Shown: in pieces, positions 36,636 through 46,727 of the stretch
Layout: each line of letters starts with the position of its first letter
Position numbering within the stretch: position 1 is the first letter of the stretch
Source of the DNA: a virus
DNA: 64,000 nt
Direction: 5' to 3' (one strand)
Virus record (IMG/VR): IMGVR_UViG_3300045049_000339
Span: 1 to 64,000 of that record
Made by a program: the position numbers and the translations under genes
The notes under the pieces: generated by a model
What the model was told of the DNA's origin: nothing
What the model saw: the letters and a program-made list of their open reading frames with translations, nothing else
Databases searched by the model: none

Positions 36636-37391
36636 ATGTCGTACGGAAAGCGCGTCGCCACCTTCGATCAGTTCCAGCTCATCTTGCGGGAGAGCGCCGA
36701 GAAGGGCTTCGAGAACGCCCCGAAGCCCGAGCAGATCAGCGGTCTCATGGAGGGCGTCACCGTCATCCTCTCCATCGAGGAGATGAGCGCGGACTACCTC
36801 AAGCACATCGCCTCCGGCGCCCCGTACACCCCGCACCACCGGGTGCGCGCGACCATCTTGTTCGACTACGGCACCTACCTGGTCGACGTGCTGGACGAGA
36901 CGCTGTTCGCCCTGCCCACCCTCGACGAGTGGCAGGCCAGCCTCCCGGTGATCACGCTGCCCGCCGAGGTGATCGACGAGATCATGGCCGAGGAGGACGC
37001 GGAGAAGGCCGCCTCCGAGCGCAAGGCGACGCTGGAGCGCATCCGCTCCGGCTTCCCCGAGGGCGCGCTGGAGGGTGCGGACGCCGTCGCCGAGATCCGT
37101 GCCATGCGCGACGAGGATAACAAGATCACCTTCGGCGAGGAGGACGCGCCGGAATACCTCGACGGCAAGGACGACAAGCCGGAGGACGGCGGCTCCGGCG
37201 TCACCGCGCCCGTCCCGGACCCGGAGCCCGCGCCGACCACCAGCGCGGCCAAGGAACCCGCCAAGCGCCCCGCGCGGCGCCGTCAGCCCAAGTCCCTTGG
37301 GGCTGGCAAGGGTGCCCCGGCCGACCTGAGCACCCGTGAGGGATTCGAGGGTCTGGGGGAGCCTGTTCCGTCGGAGACCCCCGTCGGGTAG
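36636..37391 (+). CDS. hypothetical acidic protein
   Basis: AAGGAACAGGAAAG leader, codon bias. Confidence 0.75.
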   Translation: MSYGKRVATFDQFQLILRESAEKGFENAPKPEQISGLMEGVTVILSIEEMSADYLKHIASGAPYTPHHRVRATILFDYGTYLVDVLDETLFALPTLDEWQASLPVITLPAEVIDEIMAEEDAEKAASERKATLERIRSGFPEGALEGADAVAEIRAMRDEDNKITFGEEDAPEYLDGKDDKPEDGGSGVTAPVPDPEPAPTTSAAKEPAKRPARRRQPKSLGAGKGAPADLSTREGFEGLGEPVPSETPVG

Positions 37392-37599
37392 AGTGATCGA
37401 GGAGAAGCGAACGGACCCTGCCGCGATAGCTCCCGGCAGGGTCTGTTTCTGTCTCCGAGGGCCGCACCTGAGAAGTTGATCTTGGCTGGATAACGGCCTA
37501 GGGTGGGGCTGCACCAAGGAACTTGCGCCATAGAGCGCTCTGCCGGAGGGAGTCCCCACATGTGCCCCTTGACCCTTCGGTGCCACTGCCGGGGCGCGC

Positions 37600-40221
37600 A
37601 TGAGCACGGGTGACGTCTTCTCGCAGTCTCCGACTGTCGTCAATGGCCTCACCCCGTACAGCGCCGCTCTGTGGTACTACAAGCGCGGTCTTCATCCGGT
37701 CCCCTGGTACTCGCGCGGTGGTAAGAAAATCCTTGCTTTCAGTAAGGACGACCACTTCGATTACGCGTCGTACACCTCCGATCCCTCCCTCATGGAACGC
37801 GTCCTCGACGAGTGGGCGTTCCGGGGTGACTGGCAGGTCGGTCTCGCACTGAACGAGAACGGCGGCGTCTTCGCCGTCGATGTGGACAGCCGCGACCAGA
37901 TGGCCGCCTGGGAGGCCGAGCACGGCCCGATCCAGGGCGACACGTGGACGCAGACGACCGGCCGTGACGGAGGCGGGGAGCACCGGCTCTTCCGGCTCGA
38001 AGGACGCGGTGCCGTCTGGCCTAAGCAGGGGTCATTTGACCGTTCGCACCCGAACCTTGAGTTCCGGTCAAATGGTTTCATTGGCGTGTCCCCGTCCATT
38101 CACCCGAGCGGGCGCCGATACCAGTGGACGTCGGACTCGCCGGTCGAGATCGCCGGGACCGACTGGGACCTCGCCGCGATGATTTCGGCGCGTTCGGTGC
38201 GCAAGGACCGGTCGATTTCGTCCGGCTCAACGCGCGCGGCCATTCAGGCGGACGGAACAAGTGCGTACACGTCCGACGTGGACGAGATGCTGCTGACCGG
38301 CGTGCCGGTCGGCATGTCCCAGCACGCGGCACTCCGTGATCTTGTCTGGGACATGGTCAGTCGTGGCATGTCCGATGTCATGATCAAGGTCATGTGGGAC
38401 ACGGTCGTCTCGCGCACCCGTCTCACCCGGCCAGATCAGCCGTGGACCGAGGCGCACTTCGCCAGCCACCTGTCCAGCGCCCGTGAGAAGCTCGGTGGAG
38501 GCATCGACCCGGAGCTGATGAAGTGGGCCGTGCAGGTCCACAACGAGCCCGTACCGGAGCCGGTGCAGCCACGTGTCAGCACGACCCCGGAGGCGCCGTC
38601 ACCCGAGGTCGTGGACAAGCCTGGCAAGACGGGCGAAGCAGATCCGCTCCGGCCGATCACGTACGCCGAATTGAAGGGCTACGGAGCACATCAGGCCGGT
38701 ATGGGCGAGCTTTTCGCCGACCGTTTCCACAAGGTCTTCAAGTGGTCGAATGACGAGAACGCTTACTACACATGGTTCTCGTACGACGGAAAGCCTATCA
38801 CGCATTGGCGCCGTGAGACATACAACGCAATGGCGCCGCAGTTCATGCACCTCGTGCAGAAGCTCGGAAAGATCATCTGGGAGTGCGTCAAGGACTACCT
38901 GATGGATCTTGACGAGGGCACGGCCGACGGAAAGGAGCGGGCCAAGGCCGCCCGCGCCTATCTCCTTCCTTTCCAGAAGTCCGATTCAATTCGTGGCATT
39001 ACCAAAATCATTGCCGCCGATCCACGTCTTGCTGCTTCGCCCACGGACTTCACTCCGAAGCCGAATATCCTCAATTTCGCCAATGGCACATTCGATGTGA
39101 AGACCGGCAAGCTGTACCCACACCGACGTGAAGACATGAACACGGCACTGATCAACCGTGAACTCGACCTTTCGCTCGCCGAAAAGGATCTGAGCATCGG
39201 TGCCCCGCTTTTCGATGGAATGCTCTGGCGCATGTGCGCGGACGAGGGTGAGGTTGACCCCGGCACGCACGCACTTCGTGTACAGGCGGTGCAGCGCTGG
39301 CTCGGGTACCAGCTCCACGGCTCCAATCCGGAGAAGCGCCTGGCAGTTTTCGAGGGTGCCACCTGCATCGGCAAGAACCAGGTTGTCGAGGCCGTCGGCG
39401 AGCTGCTGGCCGATTACGCCTACACCTCGTGTCCGCCGTCGCTGCTGGTGCGCTCCCGCCAGGACCGGCACAGCTCGGTCGAGGCGTCCCTGTCCGGCAA
39501 GCGCCTCGTCATCGTCAACGAGCTGACCAAGGGGCAGGTGCTGGACGAGGGGCAGGTGCTGCGCCTGGTCAACCCCGAGGGCGCACGCGTCGACCTGCGC
39601 AAGATGCGCGAGAACGCCGTCTCCACGGAGATCACCTGGAAGCTCACGGTGACCACCAATGCGATGCCGCGCACCGACACCACGGACCAGGTGCTTGAGC
39701 GTCTGGCGTTCTTCCCGCTGTCCAAGATCCCGGTCCCGAAGGAGGACCGTGACCCCGGTCTGAAGGCGGCCATCCTCGCGGCGGAATCCGACGTCATCCT
39801 GGCCCACGTCGTCACCTGGTGGCGTGAGTGGTGGACGGCGCACGAGTCCGGCAACCACAACGCGCTCGCCCTGCCGGACGAGTCCGCCGCGACGCTGGCC
39901 GAATTCGTCGAGGACAACCTGACGCCGCTTCACGAATTCGTCGAGGAGATGTGCGTCATCGAGCAGGGTGCATTCACCGACGCCCGTGAAATCTGGCGCC
40001 GTGCCGTCGGATACTGGGAGGACCAGCACAAGGACAAGCGGCTGGAATACTCCGGCGGCCGGAAAGAGCTGTACAAGATCCTGGACGGAACCAAGGGTGT
40101 GACCCGTCGCACCCGAGGGAATCGTAAGGACCTGATCGGATTCGAGAACATCCGGGTACGACCGCTGTACGGTGAAGCGGACAAGGCCCTCCAGTCCTGG
40201 GCGGAAGGCGTCGGACGTTGA
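37600..40221 (+). CDS. bifunctional primase/polymerase fused to a D5-like SF3 helicase
   Basis: Prim-Pol VFAVDVD...TQTTG..GGEHRLF...PSIHPSGRRYQW; D5_N LNFANGTFDVKTGKL; Walker A GATCIGKN, Walker B LVIVNE, TTN. Confidence 0.9.
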   Translation: MSTGDVFSQSPTVVNGLTPYSAALWYYKRGLHPVPWYSRGGKKILAFSKDDHFDYASYTSDPSLMERVLDEWAFRGDWQVGLALNENGGVFAVDVDSRDQMAAWEAEHGPIQGDTWTQTTGRDGGGEHRLFRLEGRGAVWPKQGSFDRSHPNLEFRSNGFIGVSPSIHPSGRRYQWTSDSPVEIAGTDWDLAAMISARSVRKDRSISSGSTRAAIQADGTSAYTSDVDEMLLTGVPVGMSQHAALRDLVWDMVSRGMSDVMIKVMWDTVVSRTRLTRPDQPWTEAHFASHLSSAREKLGGGIDPELMKWAVQVHNEPVPEPVQPRVSTTPEAPSPEVVDKPGKTGEADPLRPITYAELKGYGAHQAGMGELFADRFHKVFKWSNDENAYYTWFSYDGKPITHWRRETYNAMAPQFMHLVQKLGKIIWECVKDYLMDLDEGTADGKERAKAARAYLLPFQKSDSIRGITKIIAADPRLAASPTDFTPKPNILNFANGTFDVKTGKLYPHRREDMNTALINRELDLSLAEKDLSIGAPLFDGMLWRMCADEGEVDPGTHALRVQAVQRWLGYQLHGSNPEKRLAVFEGATCIGKNQVVEAVGELLADYAYTSCPPSLLVRSRQDRHSSVEASLSGKRLVIVNELTKGQVLDEGQVLRLVNPEGARVDLRKMRENAVSTEITWKLTVTTNAMPRTDTTDQVLERLAFFPLSKIPVPKEDRDPGLKAAILAAESDVILAHVVTWWREWWTAHESGNHNALALPDESAATLAEFVEDNLTPLHEFVEEMCVIEQGAFTDAREIWRRAVGYWEDQHKDKRLEYSGGRKELYKILDGTKGVTRRTRGNRKDLIGFENIRVRPLYGEADKALQSWAEGVGR

Positions 40222-40297
40222 CGCCCCTGTTGATCAGGGTCCTGAGCTGGTAGAATCCGTTACTGCACCAGGAACGGCATATTCCAAAGGAGAATTC

Positions 40298-40876
40298 GTG
40301 GAAGCGAACCCCACTGCCTCGCCGCCGAGCATTCCCATGACTGTCCACCAACTGCGGGACGCGGCCGGGCAGCCGCAGAAGCGGTTCACCGGAGCCAAGT
40401 TGGCCCACACCTCGACCGGCGAGCACCGCAATCTCCCCCGGTGGCTGACGCTCGACCTGTTCCTCAAGCAGGACGGGACGTACATCCTGCACCGGATCGG
40501 GTACAGCGTCGTCTACCACTCCGTGGAGGGGCCGTGCGAGGGGGGCGAGAAGATGACGTATGCCACGCTGGCTGATATCACCGACGAGGGCGAGCCGTGC
40601 ACCAAGTGCCACCCCATACCGTTCAAGGCACTCATGGCGGCCGTGGAGTCGGGACACTCGGACGCGAATTCCAAGTCGGTTGCGCTGGAGCACAACTACT
40701 ACAAGGTGCTTGAAATTCCCGACGTTCCCACGCTCATCAGTGAGCTGGAGTTCGTGCCGAAGAACTCCCGCACGGGCGAGCGTGTGATCAGCCGCCCCGG
40801 CCAGGAGTTGCTGCTGCGCGCCGCCGACCTCGACCCCCGCATCTCGGCTGTCTTCGAAGCGGTCAAGGACATCTGA
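40298..40876 (+). CDS. hypothetical protein
   Basis: RBS AAGGAG; RWLTLDLF...Y.LHRIGYSVVYH...C...CTKCHP. Confidence 0.7.
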   Translation: MEANPTASPPSIPMTVHQLRDAAGQPQKRFTGAKLAHTSTGEHRNLPRWLTLDLFLKQDGTYILHRIGYSVVYHSVEGPCEGGEKMTYATLADITDEGEPCTKCHPIPFKALMAAVESGHSDANSKSVALEHNYYKVLEIPDVPTLISELEFVPKNSRTGERVISRPGQELLLRAADLDPRISAVFEAVKDI

Positions 40877-40883
40877 GTCAAGT

Positions 40884-40912
40884 TTGACACGCCGTGTGAG
40901 GAGTCGTACAGT
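40884..40912 (+). promoter_or_regulatory. HrdB-like promoter
   Basis: TTGACA-N17-TACAGT followed by AGCAGGAACCAGGAAAGGA. Confidence 0.75.
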
Positions 40913-40950
40913 GGACTCGTAAGCAGGAACCAGGAAAGGACTACATCACC

Positions 40951-42195
40951 ATGCCTTCCGTGCGTGACACCGCACGCATCCGGGACATCAGCGGCCGGTC
41001 CATTGAGTTGGACGTGCCCAACGTTGATGACCCCGAGATGCTGATGGAAGCTGCCAAGCTGGTCTGGGAGCGTCTCATCAACGTCAACATCACCCCCAAC
41101 TGCCTGGAGCGCGTGCGCAACGGGCAGCCTGGGAGGATCTGGCGTGGGCGTATCCAGGCGGACAACTTCTTCAAGCTGTGGCCCCGCCTCGCCGACCGTG
41201 TCCTGGTCTCGAAGGCCGAGGGCGACCGCCTGACCGGCGCCATCATCGAGTACCTCACCGAGTGCCGCATGCTGCGCTGCGAGGAGCGGACGGGCAAGTA
41301 CCACACCGCCGTCTGGTGGGTCGCCGATCACTGGCAGCCGATGACCGTCACCAACGTGGCGGATGTCTCCGCCGTGGAGGAGCCGGAGCCGGAGACCGTG
41401 GAGGAGCCGGAGACCGTGGAGGAGCCGGAGCCGTCACAGGACGGCGAGTACAAGTGCCGCGCTTGCGACGACCGGTTCGACCTCGCCTCCGGGCGGGGCG
41501 GCCACGAGTACCGCAGCCACCGTATGGTGGTCGGCCACGACGGCAAGGTCTACCAGTACGACGCCGCCGACTACACGGCCAAGTACATGGGCGACGGCGT
41601 CATGCGCGTGCTGGAGAAGGCGGAGAAGCCGCTGAGCTTCAACGCCCTCGCCGGAGGCTGCTACGAGTACGATCCGCGTCTGGGCAAGCCCCACGTGCGC
41701 CGCATCCTGTCGGAACTGGTCGCGGCGGGCGCCGTGAAGGAGATCAGGAAGGGTGTGCACACGTTGTACGAGCTGGACAAGGGCGTCGTCCAGGTCGAGC
41801 TGGCACCCAAGGACGGCTTCTTCGTGAACGCCGTCACCACGCTGGCCAGCCCCGAGGAGGCGCCGGTCAAGGCGTCGGGCGACCTGCCCGCCACCGTGGC
41901 CTACGCCGAGCACGTGATCGCTTCGGCGCTGGGCGGCCTGCTGGCCGTGCAGGAGAGCCTTCGGACCATGCCCCAGCAGATCGACGAGCTGCGGGACCTG
42001 CTCGCCGAGAAGGACAAGCTCATCGAGACGCTGCGGGCCAAGCTGATCCACAAGGCCGCCAGCAACCCCGAGGCCGAGGCCAAGTTGGCGAAAGCGCTGG
42101 AGAAGCTGGAGAAGGTCGAGGCCGAGCGCGACAAGTACAAGGCCGACGTGCTGGCGTTCCGCAGGGCTTTGTCGGGGATCATTCAGAACGACTGA
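40951..42195 (+). CDS. C2H2 zinc finger / winged-helix / coiled-coil protein
   Basis: YKCRACDDRF......GHEYRSH; wHTH-like VRRILSELVAAGAV; C-terminal heptads. Confidence 0.7.
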   Translation: MPSVRDTARIRDISGRSIELDVPNVDDPEMLMEAAKLVWERLINVNITPNCLERVRNGQPGRIWRGRIQADNFFKLWPRLADRVLVSKAEGDRLTGAIIEYLTECRMLRCEERTGKYHTAVWWVADHWQPMTVTNVADVSAVEEPEPETVEEPETVEEPEPSQDGEYKCRACDDRFDLASGRGGHEYRSHRMVVGHDGKVYQYDAADYTAKYMGDGVMRVLEKAEKPLSFNALAGGCYEYDPRLGKPHVRRILSELVAAGAVKEIRKGVHTLYELDKGVVQVELAPKDGFFVNAVTTLASPEEAPVKASGDLPATVAYAEHVIASALGGLLAVQESLRTMPQQIDELRDLLAEKDKLIETLRAKLIHKAASNPEAEAKLAKALEKLEKVEAERDKYKADVLAFRRALSGIIQND

Positions 42196-42208
42196 CAGGT
42201 CAGCACAC

Positions 42209-42244
42209 AAAGGACCGGGGTAGCGCTAGCTGCCCCGGTCCTTT
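42209..42244 (+). terminator. intrinsic terminator
   Basis: aaaggaccggggtagc-gcta-gctgccccggtccttt. Confidence 0.65.
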
Positions 42245-42280
42245 AGCATGGAGGGACGCACCAGGAAGTAAGGGGAACAC

Positions 42281-44065
42281 GTGCCGTCCCTCGACCATGT
42301 CGACCTGCGCCTTGTTGACTCCGTACACGAAGCGATGGAATTCAAGCGTTTCCTGGGGAAGCGTCGTCCAAAGAATTTCCTAGGGCTCGATACTGAATCA
42401 AGTGGCTTGAAAGCGTATCTCCCTGGGGAAAAGCTCCGACTCATTCAGATCGGTGACGAACAGTCCGGCTGGGTCATCCCCTGGGAGCAGTGGGGCGGCG
42501 TCGCGCTGGAGGCGCTGGAGGAGTGGGACGGCGAGTGGGGGCTGCACAACTGCCCGCACGACGCCCAGTGGCTGGCCGTCCACGCCGGTTTCGAGCTGCC
42601 CTGGGACCGGGTACACGACACGATGGTTCAGGTGGCCCTCAAGGACCCTCTGCGGCCGAAGGGCCTGAAGCCCGTCTCCGAGTCCATCCTGGGCAAGCGT
42701 GCGTTGGCCGGTGAGAGGCTGCTGAAGCAGGGCATGCAGGAACAGGGCTGGACCTGGGCCACGGTGCCGTTCTCCTTCATGCCGTACGTGGTCTACTCCG
42801 CCATCGACCCCATCCTCGTCAACTTCATCGACGAGGAGTACCGGCCGTGGGTGGACCGGTACGCTGGCGCTGCATACGACCTGGAACGCGGCGCCCAAAG
42901 AGTTTGTACGCGAATGATGCAGCGCGGAATGATGCTGGACGTTCCGTACGTGAACGAAGCACGGGGAAAGCTGGAGGACTACAGCCAGAAAGCACGCGTC
43001 TGGCTCAAATCCACCCACGGCATCACGTCCCCGAATTCGGGAGGACAGCTCCGCCGCGCCCTGGAAAAGGAAGGGCAGGAGATCCTGTTCTTCACCAAGG
43101 GCGGCACGCCGCAGTTCGACAAGAACGCGCTGACCTTCTACAAGATCGAGGGGCAGACCGAGGCGGTCAAGCAGATCGCCGACTGCGTCCTGAAAATCCG
43201 GCACGCCGAGAAAATCATCAGTTCGTACCTCGACAACTTCCTCAAGTTCCGTGACGCGAACGACATCATCCACAGCAATATCAACACTCTTGCTGCTCGA
43301 ACTGGTCGGATGAGCGTGACGGACCCGGCGCTGCAAACACTGCACCGAAACGACGTGATCGTGCGTGGGTCACTCATTCCCCGTCCCGGCCACGCGTTCA
43401 TCACCTGCGACCTGAATCAGGTCGAGGCGCGCATGGCGGCGCATTTCACCGAGGACAAGGGACTCATTGAGTCTTTTCTGCGTGCCGAGACGGACGGCTC
43501 TGATTTCTTCTGCGAGCTGGGCGGCCTGATCTTCGGAGAGCCCATCTCGAAGAAAGACCCTCGCCGCAACATGGTGAAGACCATCGTCTACCGCACCAAT
43601 TACGGGGGCGGCGAGAATATCGAGGCGATGGCTTTGACGGCCGAGGTGCCCTACGCGCAGATGGCGCTCGCCAAGGCCGGGTTCGACAGCTCCTTCCCCG
43701 GCGTGGAGGCCGAGCTGAAGCGCACCGAGGAACTGGCCAAGTCCCGCACTCCTCCGCACCTGTTCAGCCCGTACGGACGCCGGTTCCTGCTGGACCCCGG
43801 CCACGAGTACACACAGGGCTTCAACGCCCGTATCCAGGGCCACGCCGCCGAATACTTCAAGCGGTGCCTGCTGGACATCGACGCGGCGGGACTGGGCGAC
43901 GCGATGGTGATGGTCGTCCACGACGAGGTCATTGCCGAGGTGCCGCTGGAACAGGCGGAAGAGGCCAAGAAAATCATCGAGGACTGCATGACCGACAGGC
44001 ATTCATATAAAGTTCCTATTACTGCTGATGCATCAATTCTCACTGAGCGATGGAAGAAAACGTGA
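42281..44065 (+). CDS. polA: family A DNA polymerase with 3'-5' exonuclease
   Basis: ExoI LDTESSGL, ExoII HNCPHD, RTGRMS..DPALQ, motif A CDLNQVEAR, motif B R..VKTIVY..NYG, motif C VHDEV. Confidence 0.95.
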   Translation: MPSLDHVDLRLVDSVHEAMEFKRFLGKRRPKNFLGLDTESSGLKAYLPGEKLRLIQIGDEQSGWVIPWEQWGGVALEALEEWDGEWGLHNCPHDAQWLAVHAGFELPWDRVHDTMVQVALKDPLRPKGLKPVSESILGKRALAGERLLKQGMQEQGWTWATVPFSFMPYVVYSAIDPILVNFIDEEYRPWVDRYAGAAYDLERGAQRVCTRMMQRGMMLDVPYVNEARGKLEDYSQKARVWLKSTHGITSPNSGGQLRRALEKEGQEILFFTKGGTPQFDKNALTFYKIEGQTEAVKQIADCVLKIRHAEKIISSYLDNFLKFRDANDIIHSNINTLAARTGRMSVTDPALQTLHRNDVIVRGSLIPRPGHAFITCDLNQVEARMAAHFTEDKGLIESFLRAETDGSDFFCELGGLIFGEPISKKDPRRNMVKTIVYRTNYGGGENIEAMALTAEVPYAQMALAKAGFDSSFPGVEAELKRTEELAKSRTPPHLFSPYGRRFLLDPGHEYTQGFNARIQGHAAEYFKRCLLDIDAAGLGDAMVMVVHDEVIAEVPLEQAEEAKKIIEDCMTDRHSYKVPITADASILTERWKKT

Positions 44066-44496
44066 GGGACATTAAGGCATACCACCGGAATCACGTAAAG
44101 CTGCACAAACAACGTGGCCGAGCTGCCGACCATGTCTGCGTAGAATGTGGCAACCCAGCGCGAGAATGGGCGCAGACTCACGGAACGGATGGGACCGATC
44201 CGTGGGGGCACTACAACCCCATGTGCAAGCCGTGCCACCTGACATACGACAGGCCAGTTAAAGCTGCAAAGATCGCAGAAGTGCATACGGGACGTAGAAA
44301 CTCTCCAGAGATTCGATCCCGTATGTCCGAGGCACAAAAGAAGCGCTTTGCAAAAAGTCCTGTTACTGAGGAGACAAAAAAGAAAACCTCCGCAGCTCTC
44401 AAGGGCAGAAAGGTGTCAGCTGAGACTCGCGCCAAGTTGTCGGAGATCCAGAAGGCACGGTGGGAGCGCTGGCGTAAGGAAAGAGAGAAGACGTGA
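44050..44496 (+). CDS. free-standing HNH-like endonuclease with NUMOD3-like repeats
   Basis: CVEC...EWA...Y.PMCKPCH..YD; repeats SPEIRSRMSEAQK and SAETRAKLSE; lower GC. Confidence 0.75.
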   Translation: MEENVRDIKAYHRNHVKLHKQRGRAADHVCVECGNPAREWAQTHGTDGTDPWGHYNPMCKPCHLTYDRPVKAAKIAEVHTGRRNSPEIRSRMSEAQKKRFAKSPVTEETKKKTSAALKGRKVSAETRAKLSEIQKARWERWRKEREKT

Positions 44497-44945
44497 ACGA
44501 ACTTCCGCACGCTGTCATGTGGCTGGACCCAGGACTCACCACCGGGTGGGCGCTCCTGGCCGCTGGAATGTTCTCCAGTGGCCAGGAGGACTTCGCACAC
44601 ATGGGAATGCTCCTGGAAGCCCTTGCTGAGCAGCACGGAGAGAAGCTGGCGATCGGCTGGGAGCAGTACATCGTCACGCCGGGTGGTGGCGTCACCGGCA
44701 CGGCCAACCCACCGATCGAAACGATCGGCATGGCCAAGTGGATCGCGCAGTGGCACGAGTGTCAGGTGCTCAAAGAGGTGCCGTCCTCGTTCCGGATCGT
44801 CGCCCAGCCGCACATGCTGAAAAAGCTCGGTTGGTACAAGCCCGGCCAGGATCACGCGAATCAGGCAACCCGTCATCTGATGGCGTGGATGCTTCGCGAG
44901 AAGCTGATGCCGATGGAGTTGTACACCGCACTGTTCGTGGGCTGA
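44493..44945 (+). CDS. RuvC-like Holliday junction resolvase
   Basis: WLDPGLTTGWA...IGWEQY...IG...HANQATRH. Confidence 0.75.
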   Translation: MNELPHAVMWLDPGLTTGWALLAAGMFSSGQEDFAHMGMLLEALAEQHGEKLAIGWEQYIVTPGGGVTGTANPPIETIGMAKWIAQWHECQVLKEVPSSFRIVAQPHMLKKLGWYKPGQDHANQATRHLMAWMLREKLMPMELYTALFVG

Positions 44946-44975
44946 CTTGTCAGACCCTTGTGGAAGAGTGAACGC

Positions 44976-46727
44976 ATGGCACTCGCGGAACTGAACCAGG
45001 ACAAGGAACGCATCGACGTCCACGCCTCGTACGTGGAGAACGATCTCATCTCGCAGCTCCCCGGCGCACGGTTCGACCGTGTCGCCAAGAGCTGGCACGC
45101 GCCCATCTCCTGGGCCACATGCATCGTTCTGCGATCACTGTTCGGGGACAACCTTGAGGTCGGCCCGAAGCTCCACGCATGGACGTGGGAGGAGTACCGG
45201 AACCGGATCAACCCAGCCACTTCGATCCGCGACGCGCTGGAGGATTCCGCCGACTTCCCGGAGCTGGACAAGGTGGAGGACGGCGCCCTGCTGCGCCTGT
45301 ACCCGTACCAGCGCGTGGACGTCCGCTTCATGTCCATCAACAAGCGCGCCCTGCTGGCGCAGCCGCCGGGACTGGGAAAGTCCGCCGTGACAGTTCGTAC
45401 ACTTCAGGTCATGCACGCGATGGGCGAGGCCGTCTTTCCCGCGCTCATCGTGTGCCCCAATTCCCTGAAGTACACGACGTGGGCGAAGGAGTTCGGCCGC
45501 TGGGCTCCGGAACTGGCCGTCACCGTCGTGGACGGTTCCGCCACGAAGAGGCGCAAGCAGCTCGCCGAAGACTCCGATGTCTTCGTGATGAACTGGGAAG
45601 CGCTGAAGCTCCATTCCTTCCTTGAGCAGTACGGCACGACGCCGCTCACGGCCAAGGAGAAGGAAGTCAAGGAGCTGAACGAGATGGGGCTGTGGACGGT
45701 CGTGTTCGACGAGGTCCATCGGATGCGTGACCCGCGTTCCCAGCAGACCCGTGCCGCCTGGGCACTGGCCCATGAAGCCGCCAATGCCTTCGGGTTGACC
45801 GGTACGCCGATCGGCAACAACATCGGCGACCTGTGGTCGATCATGCACGCCATTGAGCCGAAGTGGTTCCCGCGCCGGACCAAGTTCCTCGACCGGTACG
45901 CTGTCACCAAGCTCAACTACTTCGGCGGCCACGAGATCCTGGGGATCAATCCGCACACGAAGAAAGAACTCTTCCAGATCACGGACCCGCTGATGCGACG
46001 GGTTCCGAAATCAGCAGCATTGCCTCAACTCCCTCCGAAACTCCCGGTGCAGTACCGGGAGACGCCGATGGCAGCGAAGCAGGCCAAGGCATACAAGGAG
46101 ATGGAGGAGACGATGGTGGCCAGGCTGAATGAGATCCTGATCGCCCCCTCGCCGCTGTCCGCGCTCACCCGTCTCTTGCAGTTCGCGTCCGCCTCTGCGG
46201 AGATCGACGAGAAGGGGCAGGTCAAATTGTCAGTCCCTTCTCCTAAGATCGACGACATGGTGGAACTGCTGGAGGAGATGGGGGACGAACCATTGGTTGT
46301 CGCCGCCGTTTCACGGCAGTTGATCGAACTGGCAGCGGAACGACTCGACAAGCTGAAGATTCCGTACGGGCTCATCACCGGAGCACAGGGATCAGCGCTT
46401 CGTGCACAAGCTGTCGACGACTTCCAGGACGGGAAGACGCGGGTCATGCTGATGACAATCGGCGCTGGCGCCGAGGGCATTACTCTAACTCGCGCTGACA
46501 CCATGCTTTTTATGCAAAGGGACTGGTCAGAAATCAAAAATGCCCAGAGCGAAGACAGGGTCCACAGGATCGGGTCTGAGATTCATGGGTGTGTACGTAT
46601 CATTGATCAGATCGCTCCCGGTACGGTCGAGAGCCGGAAGATCGAACTTCTCAAGGTGAAGCAGGGGCGCATGGAAGAGCTGGTGCGGGACGGCGAGTCA
46701 CTGGCGAAGCTGCTGGGGATGCGATGA
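44976..46727 (+). CDS. SNF2-family helicase
   Basis: PYQ, PPGLGKS, VCPNS, FDEVH, LTGTP, GAEGITLT, QSEDRVHRIG. Confidence 0.93.
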   Translation: MALAELNQDKERIDVHASYVENDLISQLPGARFDRVAKSWHAPISWATCIVLRSLFGDNLEVGPKLHAWTWEEYRNRINPATSIRDALEDSADFPELDKVEDGALLRLYPYQRVDVRFMSINKRALLAQPPGLGKSAVTVRTLQVMHAMGEAVFPALIVCPNSLKYTTWAKEFGRWAPELAVTVVDGSATKRRKQLAEDSDVFVMNWEALKLHSFLEQYGTTPLTAKEKEVKELNEMGLWTVVFDEVHRMRDPRSQQTRAAWALAHEAANAFGLTGTPIGNNIGDLWSIMHAIEPKWFPRRTKFLDRYAVTKLNYFGGHEILGINPHTKKELFQITDPLMRRVPKSAALPQLPPKLPVQYRETPMAAKQAKAYKEMEETMVARLNEILIAPSPLSALTRLLQFASASAEIDEKGQVKLSVPSPKIDDMVELLEEMGDEPLVVAAVSRQLIELAAERLDKLKIPYGLITGAQGSALRAQAVDDFQDGKTRVMLMTIGAGAEGITLTRADTMLFMQRDWSEIKNAQSEDRVHRIGSEIHGCVRIIDQIAPGTVESRKIELLKVKQGRMEELVRDGESLAKLLGMR